64,000 nt of DNA, taken from positions 124,972 to 188,971 of IMG/VR virus record IMGVR_UViG_3300048074_000120. The stretch is one strand, 5' to 3'. Under the pieces are notes generated by a model that saw nothing but the letters and a program-made list of their open reading frames with translations, made no database searches and was not told the DNA's origin. The position numbers were made by a program, and so were the translations under genes. Source of the DNA: a virus. Below are positions 1-8,066 of this stretch, piece by piece (the first letter of the stretch is position 1; the number at the start of each line of letters is the position of its first letter).

Positions 1-188
1 TACCGCATCGCTCTCTCCTTCAGTGAAGGGCTTTCACTTTTTCTTTTTTGAAATTTATAACGATCTGGAGAAGGGATCTCTCAGAGGGTGTTCTCTCTAA
101 AGCTAACTACTGAACAGGGTATTAGTAAAAGTAGCAATATAACTTTTGAAAATAATTTGGAGAGAGTGCTCGCGAGACAGAAAGCGCA

Positions 189-686
189 CTAATCGGCATC
201 TTCGCTGCCACTTCTTTCCGGAGACCTCTGGGAAGACCCATTTCCGGAACCACGTTTCTCTGGCCACCGATGGACCAGGGTAAAGGTCACTGGCCACTCT
301 CCCCGGCGGCAGTCTCCACCCTCTTTGTCGATGTGAGGGACCAAGCTGTACCCCTCTGGCAATGACATGAGACCAATGGACACTGGGTTGGAGAGCCACT
401 TCTCGAGCCGTTGCTCGATAGTTCGGAACGGGTGTGGGGTCACAACGACGGTCTTGTCCTCGCCAAGGGCCATATCGACACCGACTTGGACATGCCCATT
501 CTCCTCAATGGGCAGATTGGCCTTCACGGCTTCTACGGGGGTTGCTTCCTCAGGCACCGGATAGACGATGGTGTGCCTGGTCTTGTCTTCGTACTTCTTG
601 CCTTTCTCAGCGGCATCCTTTTGATCAGTTGCCTCAAACTCGCCAAGGGGCTCTCTGGTTCTCGCACAAACGACTCTGAACTTCAC
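189..686 (-). CDS. hypothetical protein (165 aa)
   Basis: ATG start overlapping the stop of the upstream ORF (ATGA); followed by a hairpin at 165-190. Confidence 0.7.
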   Translation of the reverse strand: MKFRVVCARTREPLGEFEATDQKDAAEKGKKYEDKTRHTIVYPVPEEATPVEAVKANLPIEENGHVQVGVDMALGEDKTVVVTPHPFRTIEQRLEKWLSNPVSIGLMSLPEGYSLVPHIDKEGGDCRRGEWPVTFTLVHRWPEKRGSGNGSSQRSPERSGSEDAD

Positions 687-883
687 TTGGTTCTCCTCTC
701 CTGCAGCGTTGCTGCCTTTTCAATCCCGTTCTCGAGTAATCGCTTCAACTCCTCCGTGGGGCCACTGAGACTCTTGTCCTTGCCATGGACTAGGGCCAGA
801 GCGTCTGCAACAGCAGTCGCCTCGTCCATGGTGAGCGTCACGCTGATAAACACCTGCTCGTAGGGAAGTAGATGGCTGATCAT
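683..883 (-). CDS. hypothetical protein (about 66 aa; start moved to ATG 883)
   Basis: Part of track ORF 683..949; downstream of the leftward promoter at 958-983; stop overlaps the next ATG. Confidence 0.55.
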   Translation of the reverse strand: MISHLLPYEQVFISVTLTMDEATAVADALALVHGKDKSLSGPTEELKRLLENGIEKAATLQERRTK

Positions 884-957
884 GGTTGAAGCTTCTGCAT
901 GTACCAGAACTTTGGCATGAAGTCTTCCTTCCTGTGCAAAGGACCTCACTCACGGCC

Positions 958-983
958 TTATCTCGCAATCCAATTCGTTTTGC
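958..983 (-). promoter_or_regulatory. leftward copy of the phage promoter motif (GCAA-N14-CGAGATAAG)
   Basis: Half of a near-palindromic divergent promoter CTTATCTC-GCAA-N11-TTGC-A-GAGATAAG. Confidence 0.6.
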
Positions 984-992
984 AGAGATAAG
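965..992 (+). promoter_or_regulatory. phage promoter motif GCAA-N15-AGAGATAAG
   Basis: Matches the repeated bipartite motif; followed by AGGAGG and the GTG start at 1015. Confidence 0.75.
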
Positions 993-1014
993 AGACGCGT
1001 AGGAGGAAAACACA

Positions 1015-1632
1015 GTGCACCACGCTTTAGACGATATACCGATCAACGCAACAACCAACGATTTACTCAAGAGGGGACGCTTCAACCTACGCCTACTGGC
1101 GGAAGAGCTTGGAGTGTTTGTTGATGAGGAAGCAAAAAGTTCATTCATGCAGTTAGACAACCAAGGGCAAGCTGAAGTTGTTCGCAATGCCTTACTGAAA
1201 TCCAGGGGTTTGCCCCCTGTGGAACCCGTGGACATGCGACAGAAGGTAAGTAATGCCGTCCTGGCTAGGGTCACCAAAATGCGCGCCGATTCATCCGATA
1301 CGTGGCACCTCTACAAAACTCAACAGAAAGTTGAATCTGTTAGAGGAGAGCTTGTCAGACAGTACGAGGCGCAACTCAACGCTCTTCGTATAGAAAACTA
1401 TGGAGGCATTGAGCTTAGGGACAGGGCCCTCCTTCAGCTTCGCACAGAGTCAAACACGACTTGGGAAGAACTGAATCTTGAACGTGTGAGGCACAAAAAG
1501 ACGAGCGTAGAGTTGGTACAAGCCAATGCATTGCTGTCTGAGCTGCGCGCAAGAATCAGACAGCTGGAACTCCAGGTGCAGAAGCGCGAACGAGCTTCGA
1601 AAAGAAAGAAGAAGCCAGCTAGGCGCAAATAA
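1015..1632 (+). CDS. hypothetical protein with C-terminal coiled coil and basic tail (205 aa)
   Basis: AGGAGG SD, GTG start, long ORF. Confidence 0.8.
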   Translation: MHHALDDIPINATTNDLLKRGRFNLRLLAEELGVFVDEEAKSSFMQLDNQGQAEVVRNALLKSRGLPPVEPVDMRQKVSNAVLARVTKMRADSSDTWHLYKTQQKVESVRGELVRQYEAQLNALRIENYGGIELRDRALLQLRTESNTTWEELNLERVRHKKTSVELVQANALLSELRARIRQLELQVQKRERASKRKKKPARRK

Positions 1633-1652
1633 CCTCAAATCTCGGGGATAAG
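1625..1652 (+). promoter_or_regulatory. phage promoter motif GCAA-N15-GGGGATAAG
   Basis: Consensus copy; AGGAGG SD and ATG 1673 follow. Confidence 0.8.
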
Positions 1653-1672
1653 AAAGGTAGAGGAGGAAACAC

Positions 1673-2011
1673 ATGCTCAAAGCCAATTCAAACGTTGCCA
1701 TCGATGCCGCTGTTTTCAAGAAGGACACCATCCCTCCAGCGAATCCCCAGACCCACATAACAACGCTGGCAGAAGGCTATACGCTCAGCTACGAGATGTA
1801 CATGGCCCTCAGCAGAATCCCCATCGTGTATGGGTCAGAGGACAACACAGCACTCATCTCCAAAGCTGACGCTTGGGCAGACATGGTTGTGCTCGGTGCT
1901 GCTCTGCGCGAGCAGAGTCTGCAAAAGCAAATCGAAGAGCAAGTAATACAACTTGAAGACTTAGAGATACAAGTGGCTGAAAGCGGTCTACGGACGCTCG
2001 GCACCTTGTAG
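1673..2011 (+). CDS. hypothetical protein (112 aa)
   Basis: SD plus ATG directly after the promoter motif; followed by a hairpin and TTAGCCC. Confidence 0.8.
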   Translation: MLKANSNVAIDAAVFKKDTIPPANPQTHITTLAEGYTLSYEMYMALSRIPIVYGSEDNTALISKADAWADMVVLGAALREQSLQKQIEEQVIQLEDLEIQVAESGLRTLGTL

Positions 2012-2025
2012 TTTTACACTTGGGA

Positions 2026-2050
2026 GAGCCACACGGCTTTTCCTTAGCCC
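2026..2050 (+). terminator. hairpin + T-tract + TTAGCCC element
   Basis: GAGCC-acac-GGCTT then TTCCTTAGCCC. Confidence 0.55.
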
Positions 2051-2100
2051 ACCATCAACCATGCCGCGGGTGTAGACTGGTAGTTGCCGACCAGGCGTAC

Positions 2101-2277
2101 AAAGGCCTCGGAGCATTGGTGCTTCCGGGGCCTTTTGCTTGGAAGCAACCGGCCCGCTGTATCGAAACATTCAGGGTTCAAGGGGATCGAGGCGTAGAAT
2201 GGAATCTGCTCAACGTGTGGTCCTTTGCTGCCCCCGTGTGCGAAGAAAGGCCTCGGTTGGAAACGACCGGGGCCTTT
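2101..2277 (+). repeat. twin hairpins AAAGGCCTCGG-loop-CCGGGGCCTTT (2101-2135 and 2246-2277)
   Basis: Both 11-bp arms are identical between the two copies; the loops differ. Confidence 0.85.
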
Positions 2278-2289
2278 CACTAAGTTGCC

Positions 2290-2868
2290 ATGTGCTCGTT
2301 GCACCTCAGTACTCCGGAAGAGCTGTTCAACAACTACAAACGGCTTGTCGCCCCTATTGTCAGTCACTACTACAAAAAGCTTGGCGCTAGCGCATCGTAC
2401 GACGAGCTCTACCAGTGGGGGCTGATCGGCCTTTGGGATGCCAGCAAGCGCTGGGTGGGTGAGATCGGGGGGTTTTCTTCTTACGCCAAGGGGCGCATCA
2501 GTGGGCAGATCATTGACGAGTATCGCGTCAGCACAAGTTACATTCGACGCCTTGGAAATAGCAAACAGCCCAAGTACGTAAATCTCGATGATGATAATGA
2601 TGAAGAAAGACCCAACCTCCAGCTAGTTGCGTGTACACAGCCCCTAGAGCAAGTCATCCATACCCATAGGAACCTGCGACGTCTAAGTGCCGCTTTCTAC
2701 GAATTGACTGGCAAAGAAATCTGTATCCTTCTTCTTTTCTACTTCGACGGCATAAAACTCCAAGAGATTGCAGAACAACTCGAACTCAGTGAAGCCCGCA
2801 TCTGCCAGATCAAGACGGCCGCCATCAAGAAGCTCAAGCAGGCTACTTGCCTCGAGATTGATTTCTAG
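2290..2868 (+). CDS. RNA polymerase sigma-70 family factor, FliA/WhiG (sigma-28)-like, compact with region 3 reduced
   Basis: Region 2 YDELYQWGLIGLWDA...FSSYAKGRISGQIIDEYR; region 4 HTH LQEIAEQLELSEARICQIKTAAIKKLK. Confidence 0.9.
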   Translation: MCSLHLSTPEELFNNYKRLVAPIVSHYYKKLGASASYDELYQWGLIGLWDASKRWVGEIGGFSSYAKGRISGQIIDEYRVSTSYIRRLGNSKQPKYVNLDDDNDEERPNLQLVACTQPLEQVIHTHRNLRRLSAAFYELTGKEICILLLFYFDGIKLQEIAEQLELSEARICQIKTAAIKKLKQATCLEIDF

Positions 2869-2926
2869 CTACCTTGTCCTTGCCAGCTGGGCTCTTCAAC
2901 CAGTCACCAGCCAGCGGAAGGACAAT

Positions 2927-3514
2927 ATGGAAACACCTAACAAGATAGCTGAGAACTACCAAGACAGCCCCATTCTCACGCACGGGACACGGCCTCTACT
3001 TGAACCCAGCAAGATCGAATGGGCTTCTTCTATGGACAGCCAAGTTGCTATACAGCTTACACATCTGGAAGCCAGCCACGAAAGAATTATCGAATTTCGT
3101 GTGCTCAAATACCACCTTGAAGGGAAAAACCCCGAACACGAAGACTTCTATTCAGCAAGTACCCCATACAGAGCCATCGAGCACACTGGTAAGACCCTCG
3201 AAGAAGCTATCGGCGCTTTGCTGTTCTCCTATGCATGTCTATCCCGCGACGGAGCGTTCAATCCCCGCTTGCCATCGGAGCAAGGCGACCCACCTATCCA
3301 ACATGTTATCCATATCCTGACAGAGAGATTGAACTGGCATGTTGAGCGTCGACACCAGCACATGACAGAGGCTAGCATTGAGCCTGCGGGAGCACCTAAC
3401 GCCCCGTATACAGGAAACCGAGACCAAGCGTTGTCGGCAACTAAAGACGACAACAAGATCATCGCAGCACTGGCCACAGCCATTGCGGCGCTCGGTCGCG
3501 TTGATGAGCTGTAA
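2927..3514 (+). CDS. hypothetical protein (195 aa)
   Basis: AAGGA SD and ATG 2927 within track ORF 2768..3514. Confidence 0.75.
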   Translation: METPNKIAENYQDSPILTHGTRPLLEPSKIEWASSMDSQVAIQLTHLEASHERIIEFRVLKYHLEGKNPEHEDFYSASTPYRAIEHTGKTLEEAIGALLFSYACLSRDGAFNPRLPSEQGDPPIQHVIHILTERLNWHVERRHQHMTEASIEPAGAPNAPYTGNRDQALSATKDDNKIIAALATAIAALGRVDEL

Positions 3515-3564
3515 TTGAACAAAAGGCACTTCCTCCGGTGATAACAACGCTGGAGGAAGTAGCC

Positions 3565-3789
3565 ATGCAGGCAATCAGCAACAGCACGCGTTGGGCATTC
3601 AATGTAGCCACACTCAATGACCTTCGCTGGCAACCAGAAAAGTCGAGTTGGACTCGTGCTTACGAGCAGCGGGTGTATTGGGGGACAGTGGAACTTCATC
3701 AAAAGATCGCCAATGGTGAAGGCAACGCCGTTGACCCAGCAGAGCCAGTGAGCGCACAGATGCTCCGCGAGATAGTCAAAGTCGCGTAA
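3565..3789 (+). CDS. hypothetical protein (74 aa)
   Basis: GGAGG SD and ATG 3565. Confidence 0.7.
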   Translation: MQAISNSTRWAFNVATLNDLRWQPEKSSWTRAYEQRVYWGTVELHQKIANGEGNAVDPAEPVSAQMLREIVKVA

Positions 3790-3803
3790 TTTTCGGAGAT
3801 AAG
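3776..3803 (+). promoter_or_regulatory. phage promoter motif TCAA-N15-GGAGATAAG
   Basis: Same spacing as other copies; GGAGG follows. Confidence 0.7.
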
Positions 3804-3822
3804 AGGGATGGAGGTAGCCAAC

Positions 3823-4113
3823 ATGATGACAGTTTCCGATTCAAGGAAAACCATCGAGAACGCCATCCATAGTTTGCAGCGGTCTCTCGATGTACTGCTT
3901 TTGGCAGACGGCACGGTGATGGACACTCCCCTTGCCCAAAACGCGGCAACGATCCAAGAAGCAGCAGACGCCATTGCCGACGAAGCCACATTCATCGAAC
4001 TCACCGAATCCCCTCGGGGCATCCTCTGCGCGCTGAGGGTGTCTCTCAAGAGAAAGCTGCTGCAGCGAAAGAAGCTGAAGCGCCGAACCATCTTTGTCAC
4101 CGATCGTGAGTAA
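3823..4113 (+). CDS. hypothetical protein (96 aa)
   Basis: GGAGG SD and ATG 3823 after the promoter motif. Confidence 0.75.
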   Translation: MMTVSDSRKTIENAIHSLQRSLDVLLLADGTVMDTPLAQNAATIQEAADAIADEATFIELTESPRGILCALRVSLKRKLLQRKKLKRRTIFVTDRE

Positions 4114-4137
4114 TTTCCCCTCCAATTCGGGGATAAG
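4110..4137 (+). promoter_or_regulatory. phage promoter motif GTAA-N15-GGGGATAAG
   Basis: Same spacing; GGAGG and ATG 4156 follow. Confidence 0.75.
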
Positions 4138-4155
4138 AAGAATGGAGGTACTCAC

Positions 4156-4428
4156 ATGTGTAATTCCAGCCAAAGTTGTTCAGCCACAAAGATCTCAGAC
4201 AAAGCATTAGCCGATGGCATCGATGCAATCTCGTCTGAGCTAGCCATGGCGAAGAGCAACATCCCGTTGGTGACGCAGCAGGAGCAGAGGGAAGAATTCA
4301 TGGCAGCGCTGCACGAGCTCTTGCTCGCCGTCCAAGACGTCAACGTTGGCATCAATCAAGCCAATGACGCGTACGTTGCGGAGTTCGGGGAAAAAGAGCC
4401 CGACACGCTCAACGCGCTACAGCACTAA
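4156..4428 (+). CDS. hypothetical helical protein (90 aa)
   Basis: SD plus ATG after the promoter; terminator follows. Confidence 0.75.
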   Translation: MCNSSQSCSATKISDKALADGIDAISSELAMAKSNIPLVTQQEQREEFMAALHELLLAVQDVNVGINQANDAYVAEFGEKEPDTLNALQH

Positions 4429-4440
4429 GTGAAAACGAGA

Positions 4441-4470
4441 AAATGGGTCACACCATTTTTTCGTAGCTCC
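4441..4470 (+). terminator. hairpin + T-tract + GTAGCTCC element
   Basis: AAATGG-gtcaca-CCATTT TTT CGTAGCTCC abutting the next promoter. Confidence 0.55.
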
Positions 4471-4498
4471 GCAAAGTCGGGTGGTTACAAGGAATAAG
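4471..4498 (+). promoter_or_regulatory. phage promoter motif GCAA-N15-AGGAATAAG
   Basis: Same spacing; AGAAGGAG follows. Confidence 0.7.
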
Positions 4499-4531
4499 AA
4501 GGGTAGAAGGAGATGATGCAAGCCAACTGGC

Positions 4532-4843
4532 GTGCATCGAAACACCATGAAACAAACCCTACCCATCGCCACAGCAACGTTGATGTCTCTCTCCTGGGAA
4601 AAGCCACTCAACTTGGCCACTGGAAAAGGCTATGGCACCAACGAGTACAGCTCTCGAGATCGATACATCTACCGTAGACGCCCCAGTGCGTCAGCGACGC
4701 CGACACGACAGGAAGCTTCGGCATTTGAGTTCCACAGAGCCCCGTACGGACTTGCCTACAACTACAGGACGTGGACCGATGTTCCTGAGAGTTTGTGGGA
4801 GCCTGTTGACGCGTATGGCATGCCCGCACGGCGCGCTGGCTAA
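4532..4843 (+). CDS. hypothetical protein (start uncertain)
   Basis: Track ORF ending before a strong hairpin; an alternative SD-led 54-aa ORF starts at ATG 4513. Confidence 0.45.
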   Translation: MHRNTMKQTLPIATATLMSLSWEKPLNLATGKGYGTNEYSSRDRYIYRRRPSASATPTRQEASAFEFHRAPYGLAYNYRTWTDVPESLWEPVDAYGMPARRAG

Positions 4844-4854
4844 ACATAAAATGA

Positions 4855-4890
4855 ACGGAGGGGTGTACCCTGACAGTACATCCCCTCCGT
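4855..4890. terminator. strong hairpin between convergent genes
   Basis: ACGGAGGGGTGTAC ... GTACATCCCCTCCGT, 14-bp stem with one bulge. Confidence 0.65.
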
Positions 4891-4920
4891 CGGTGCAGTT
4901 TCAGGAATCGAACCTGAGCC

Positions 4921-5178
4921 TCATCCGGCAGGGATTGGGCGTACCACTACAACTCCTTTTTCTAGCGCAGCCTTGGCAGCGTCCATGGCTTCATCCTTGT
5001 TGTCTTTGCTGCCTGCTTCGAGCAGCATCTGACCGTTCCAGATCGCCCAATTATAACTCGTGCCGTCAAACGTTCCCTCGACCTTGGCGTGTAGCTGCGT
5101 ACCTTTTACGGAGCCATACCAGCAGTCCACATGCTGCCACTCGAGTTTGCGAGGAAATTCAACAACCTTGCCGGACAT
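4921..5178 (-). CDS. hypothetical protein (85 aa)
   Basis: ATG-started ORF with protein-like composition, convergent on the hairpin. Confidence 0.65.
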   Translation of the reverse strand: MSGKVVEFPRKLEWQHVDCWYGSVKGTQLHAKVEGTFDGTSYNWAIWNGQMLLEAGSKDNKDEAMDAAKAALEKGVVVVRPIPAG

Positions 5179-5181
5179 GAT

Positions 5182-5209
5182 CTAAAGCCTAGCAGTTTTC
5201 AGGCATAAG
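5182..5209 (+). promoter_or_regulatory. degenerate phage promoter motif CTAA-N15-AGGCATAAG
   Basis: Same spacing; GGAGG 6 nt after. Confidence 0.5.
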
Positions 5210-5213
5210 CACA

Positions 5214-6422
5214 TTGGAGGTCACCCTGTCAAAGAAAGACCAAAAGGGGCGTGTGCACCGGAAGGAACAGAAGCTGAAAAAGAGCAGAGAAAAGCTGCGA
5301 CAACGAGCAGCCACAGAACAGCTGCTGCACCCACAAAAGTTACCGATGAATGAATCGATGCTTCCAGTTGGGATCCTGTTTTGGTATTTCGTCAGGTGTC
5401 TCTGGTTGGGTAAGGAAAACCCAAGGATGGGTGAATACAAGGATCATATTGAAAAGCTCATCACCAGCAACGACGCCATTGGCAGCGCAGCACAATTTGC
5501 GAGTGCTGCTTCCTTCATGATGAAGGAACTACACCTAAGCTCAGAGTTTGTGGGAAAACTTGTCACATTTTTACAGCTATCTCTTCGACCAGAGAGCAGC
5601 AACATAAAGCAGCATAGTATTTTTGCTGACTGGTATGACAATGGTATGCCAGTGATCGAGGTGGGGCACAAGCTTGCGGCGTCATACATGGCCACTCGGA
5701 TCACAAAGGAGATGACTGCGAAAGCGCATTTACCTTTCTCATCTTTCAAGATTCAAGTCCCGGCGGGGCTACTACAACTAACGGATTGCCTAACAGGCAA
5801 ACCCGCGAACGTGACTGGACTGTACGTAGGCATTATGCTTGTGATGAGCACAGAACTCCGAGGCAAAGTCGAGGCATTGAGTGCAGAGGAAATTGCGCAG
5901 CAGTCTGGGCAACGCCCCTACATGCTATTAGTCAGCGACACAGGTACCTCGGCATGGCGGTCTTCATTCGATGCGGAAGAGGTGTTTACCTCTGCCGAAG
6001 TACCAGATGGAAAGTCTGCCGGACTGGATATGTCGCTGGAAGATCTGGACAAGCGGGCAATGATTTTGGCTGGGAGACTAGCAGCCAGCGTAATACTGCA
6101 CATCAATGGCGGGGAAGGGTGCTCGAGAGTCGGCACTGGCCATGAGAACTTCGATAGCACAACGAACAGGCGCAAATCTCCTCTCCCAACGCATAGAAGA
6201 TTTGTAATCACCAGAGATGTGCAACACGATATGCGTGAAGCCATACGAGACTTCATGTCTGGCAACAGAAAAACTCTCAGCGTGCAAACCATGGTTACTG
6301 GGCACTGGCGGTGGCAGCCCTTCGGAGCAGGTAGAACTCAGGTGAAACACATCTTCATTGAGCCATTCTGGAGAGGCCCAGAAGATGCCCCTATCGCACT
6401 ACGCAGACATAAACTTGAGTAA
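5214..6422 (+). CDS. uncharacterised phage protein with C-terminal GHWR...G...I.PFW.GP motif (start uncertain)
   Basis: 402-aa ORF; VTGHWRWQPFGAGRTQVKHIFIEPFWRGP resembles a widespread uncharacterised phage family. Confidence 0.8.
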   Translation: MEVTLSKKDQKGRVHRKEQKLKKSREKLRQRAATEQLLHPQKLPMNESMLPVGILFWYFVRCLWLGKENPRMGEYKDHIEKLITSNDAIGSAAQFASAASFMMKELHLSSEFVGKLVTFLQLSLRPESSNIKQHSIFADWYDNGMPVIEVGHKLAASYMATRITKEMTAKAHLPFSSFKIQVPAGLLQLTDCLTGKPANVTGLYVGIMLVMSTELRGKVEALSAEEIAQQSGQRPYMLLVSDTGTSAWRSSFDAEEVFTSAEVPDGKSAGLDMSLEDLDKRAMILAGRLAASVILHINGGEGCSRVGTGHENFDSTTNRRKSPLPTHRRFVITRDVQHDMREAIRDFMSGNRKTLSVQTMVTGHWRWQPFGAGRTQVKHIFIEPFWRGPEDAPIALRRHKLE

Positions 6423-6436
6423 TTTTCGGGGATAAG
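6409..6436 (+). promoter_or_regulatory. phage promoter motif ATAA-N15-GGGGATAAG
   Basis: TAATTTTCGGGGATAAGAA nearly identical to 3788-3805; AGAAGGAGG follows. Confidence 0.75.
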
Positions 6437-6463
6437 AAAGATAGAAGGAGGTACAAATCAAGC

Positions 6464-7030
6464 ATGACGCTTGCTGCATTTTACTCAGATCCACACATCG
6501 GGCATGCCAACATCATCAAATACTGCGAGAGGCCTTTCACCGATGTGGAGGAAATGAACCAAACCCTGGTGCAGCGCTACAACGCCAAGATCGATCGCAA
6601 GGACGTTGTCCTGTGGCTGGGGGATTGCTTCTTCAAAGGAGACCCCACCCGTTATCGAGACACCCTCCTGCAAATGAACGGTACCAAAATCCTACTAGTT
6701 GGAAACCACGACGGCTCCATGCCGGCTATGGCCAACCTTGGTTTTGCCTTGGTGCTGCAGGAAGCAGTACTCAATATTCGAGGGGTCACTTGCAGAGTGA
6801 ATCACTACCCCTACGAGGCCATACCTGTCTACGAGAAGCCTGATAAGTTTGCCGCGCTTCGCCCGCGCAAGCATCCAGGAGAGATTCTCATTCACGGACA
6901 CAACCACGCCAAAGGCCCTGTCAACGGCAACCAAATCAACGTGGGCGTGGACGCTTGGGATTTTGGCCCAGCCATGTACTACGAAGTTGCCGACTTAGTA
7001 GATCGTATCAAGCAAAGGACAACTACATGA
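6464..7030 (+). CDS. calcineurin-like metallophosphoesterase
   Basis: Motifs SDPHIGH, LGDCFF, VGNHDG, NHYP, IHGHNH, INVGVD. Confidence 0.92.
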   Translation: MTLAAFYSDPHIGHANIIKYCERPFTDVEEMNQTLVQRYNAKIDRKDVVLWLGDCFFKGDPTRYRDTLLQMNGTKILLVGNHDGSMPAMANLGFALVLQEAVLNIRGVTCRVNHYPYEAIPVYEKPDKFAALRPRKHPGEILIHGHNHAKGPVNGNQINVGVDAWDFGPAMYYEVADLVDRIKQRTTT

Positions 7031-7455
7031 GCATCAAAGATTGGCATGTTGGGCAGTCTGTCGTCGTACACTTCCCGCACGCAAACCAAGGTTCTATCCG
7101 GCAGCTGGATACAGAAATTGTCAAGCTAGGTCGGAAATACATCACCGTCAGAGGGGTTCAAGGGGAGTTCGATGCGGACCTTCCCATTCCCCGCTCAGGC
7201 CAAGAAGAGCTGTACACGCCCGAGGGGTACCAAGAGAAAGTGTACGTAACGAGTGTCTTACTCGAGCTTGACCGCAACAGATCTTTGTCGCGCATCCCAG
7301 CTCAAGTACTTATCCCAATAGGAGACTATCTAGGGATTGAAAAACCTGAACATCTACAACCCAAGCAGGAGATAAACCATGTTGAAGAAGAACCTAAGCC
7401 AAGCAGTACTCATCCTCGCCGTCCTAGTTACCGGCGTGCCAGCAAGGGCCAATGA
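7027..7455 (+). CDS. hypothetical protein (142 aa)
   Basis: ATGA overlap with the phosphoesterase stop. Confidence 0.65.
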   Translation: MSIKDWHVGQSVVVHFPHANQGSIRQLDTEIVKLGRKYITVRGVQGEFDADLPIPRSGQEELYTPEGYQEKVYVTSVLLELDRNRSLSRIPAQVLIPIGDYLGIEKPEHLQPKQEINHVEEEPKPSSTHPRRPSYRRASKGQ

Positions 7456-7618
7456 CGTAGACAACACCTGCAGAGCCAAGCGGTTCCGCTGCGAGTCCTT
7501 CTGCAGTTCCAGCAACAAGGTGGGCTCGATGGAGCACCTCAAGTGCAACGAGCAATGTCGAGACGACGAGAGCTTCTGTCGTAAAATAGGCTTTGCTCCA
7601 GACAGGAGGTACTACTAG
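7379..7618 (+). CDS. small secreted six-cysteine protein (79 aa)
   Basis: CAGGAG SD; signal-peptide-like N-terminus ending ARA; C-x6-C-x3-C-x13-C-x3-C-x6-C. Confidence 0.7.
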   Translation: MLKKNLSQAVLILAVLVTGVPARANDVDNTCRAKRFRCESFCSSSNKVGSMEHLKCNEQCRDDESFCRKIGFAPDRRYY

Positions 7619-7620
7619 TC

Positions 7621-7803
7621 ATGAAACGACCCGGCAAAAAGACACTGGCACAAAAAATGGCAGAGTCCGCTGCAGCCGGAGTGCAGGTGCAGCCCAAAGA
7701 CAAGTCCAACTACAAACCGGCACCTCGCCCCGAGCCGCCCCCTCCTGAGGTTTTCGAAAACAAGCCCTTTGCCAAAATGCTAGTACCCGGTGGTAAGCCA
7801 TGA
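7621..7803 (+). CDS. hypothetical Pro/Lys-rich protein (60 aa)
   Basis: Tightly packed ORF in the operon. Confidence 0.55.
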   Translation: MKRPGKKTLAQKMAESAAAGVQVQPKDKSNYKPAPRPEPPPPEVFENKPFAKMLVPGGKP

Positions 7804-8066
7804 TCGCAAGAAGCCCAGTTACTAAGATGAAGCAGCTGCCCCTGCCCTTCGATACCAAGTTCGTTCCAGGATGGAAGGGAAACAGATACCTGCTGTGCGA
7901 TGACAACCAATGGCACCTAGTGTTGGAGATTAGAGAGGGGGGCGTCGCAGACACCCAATGCTGCGAAGACGTACGACTGAGCGAGCACCCTACGTCGGGC
8001 GCGAAGGGCCTTCCTATGTGTGAGACATGCGTGAACCTTCAGTTTCCGAAGAAGGCCGCCAAATGA
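7800..8066 (+). CDS. hypothetical Cys-containing protein (88 aa)
   Basis: ATGA overlaps on both sides; CC and CxxC. Confidence 0.6.
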   Translation: MIARSPVTKMKQLPLPFDTKFVPGWKGNRYLLCDDNQWHLVLEIREGGVADTQCCEDVRLSEHPTSGAKGLPMCETCVNLQFPKKAAK

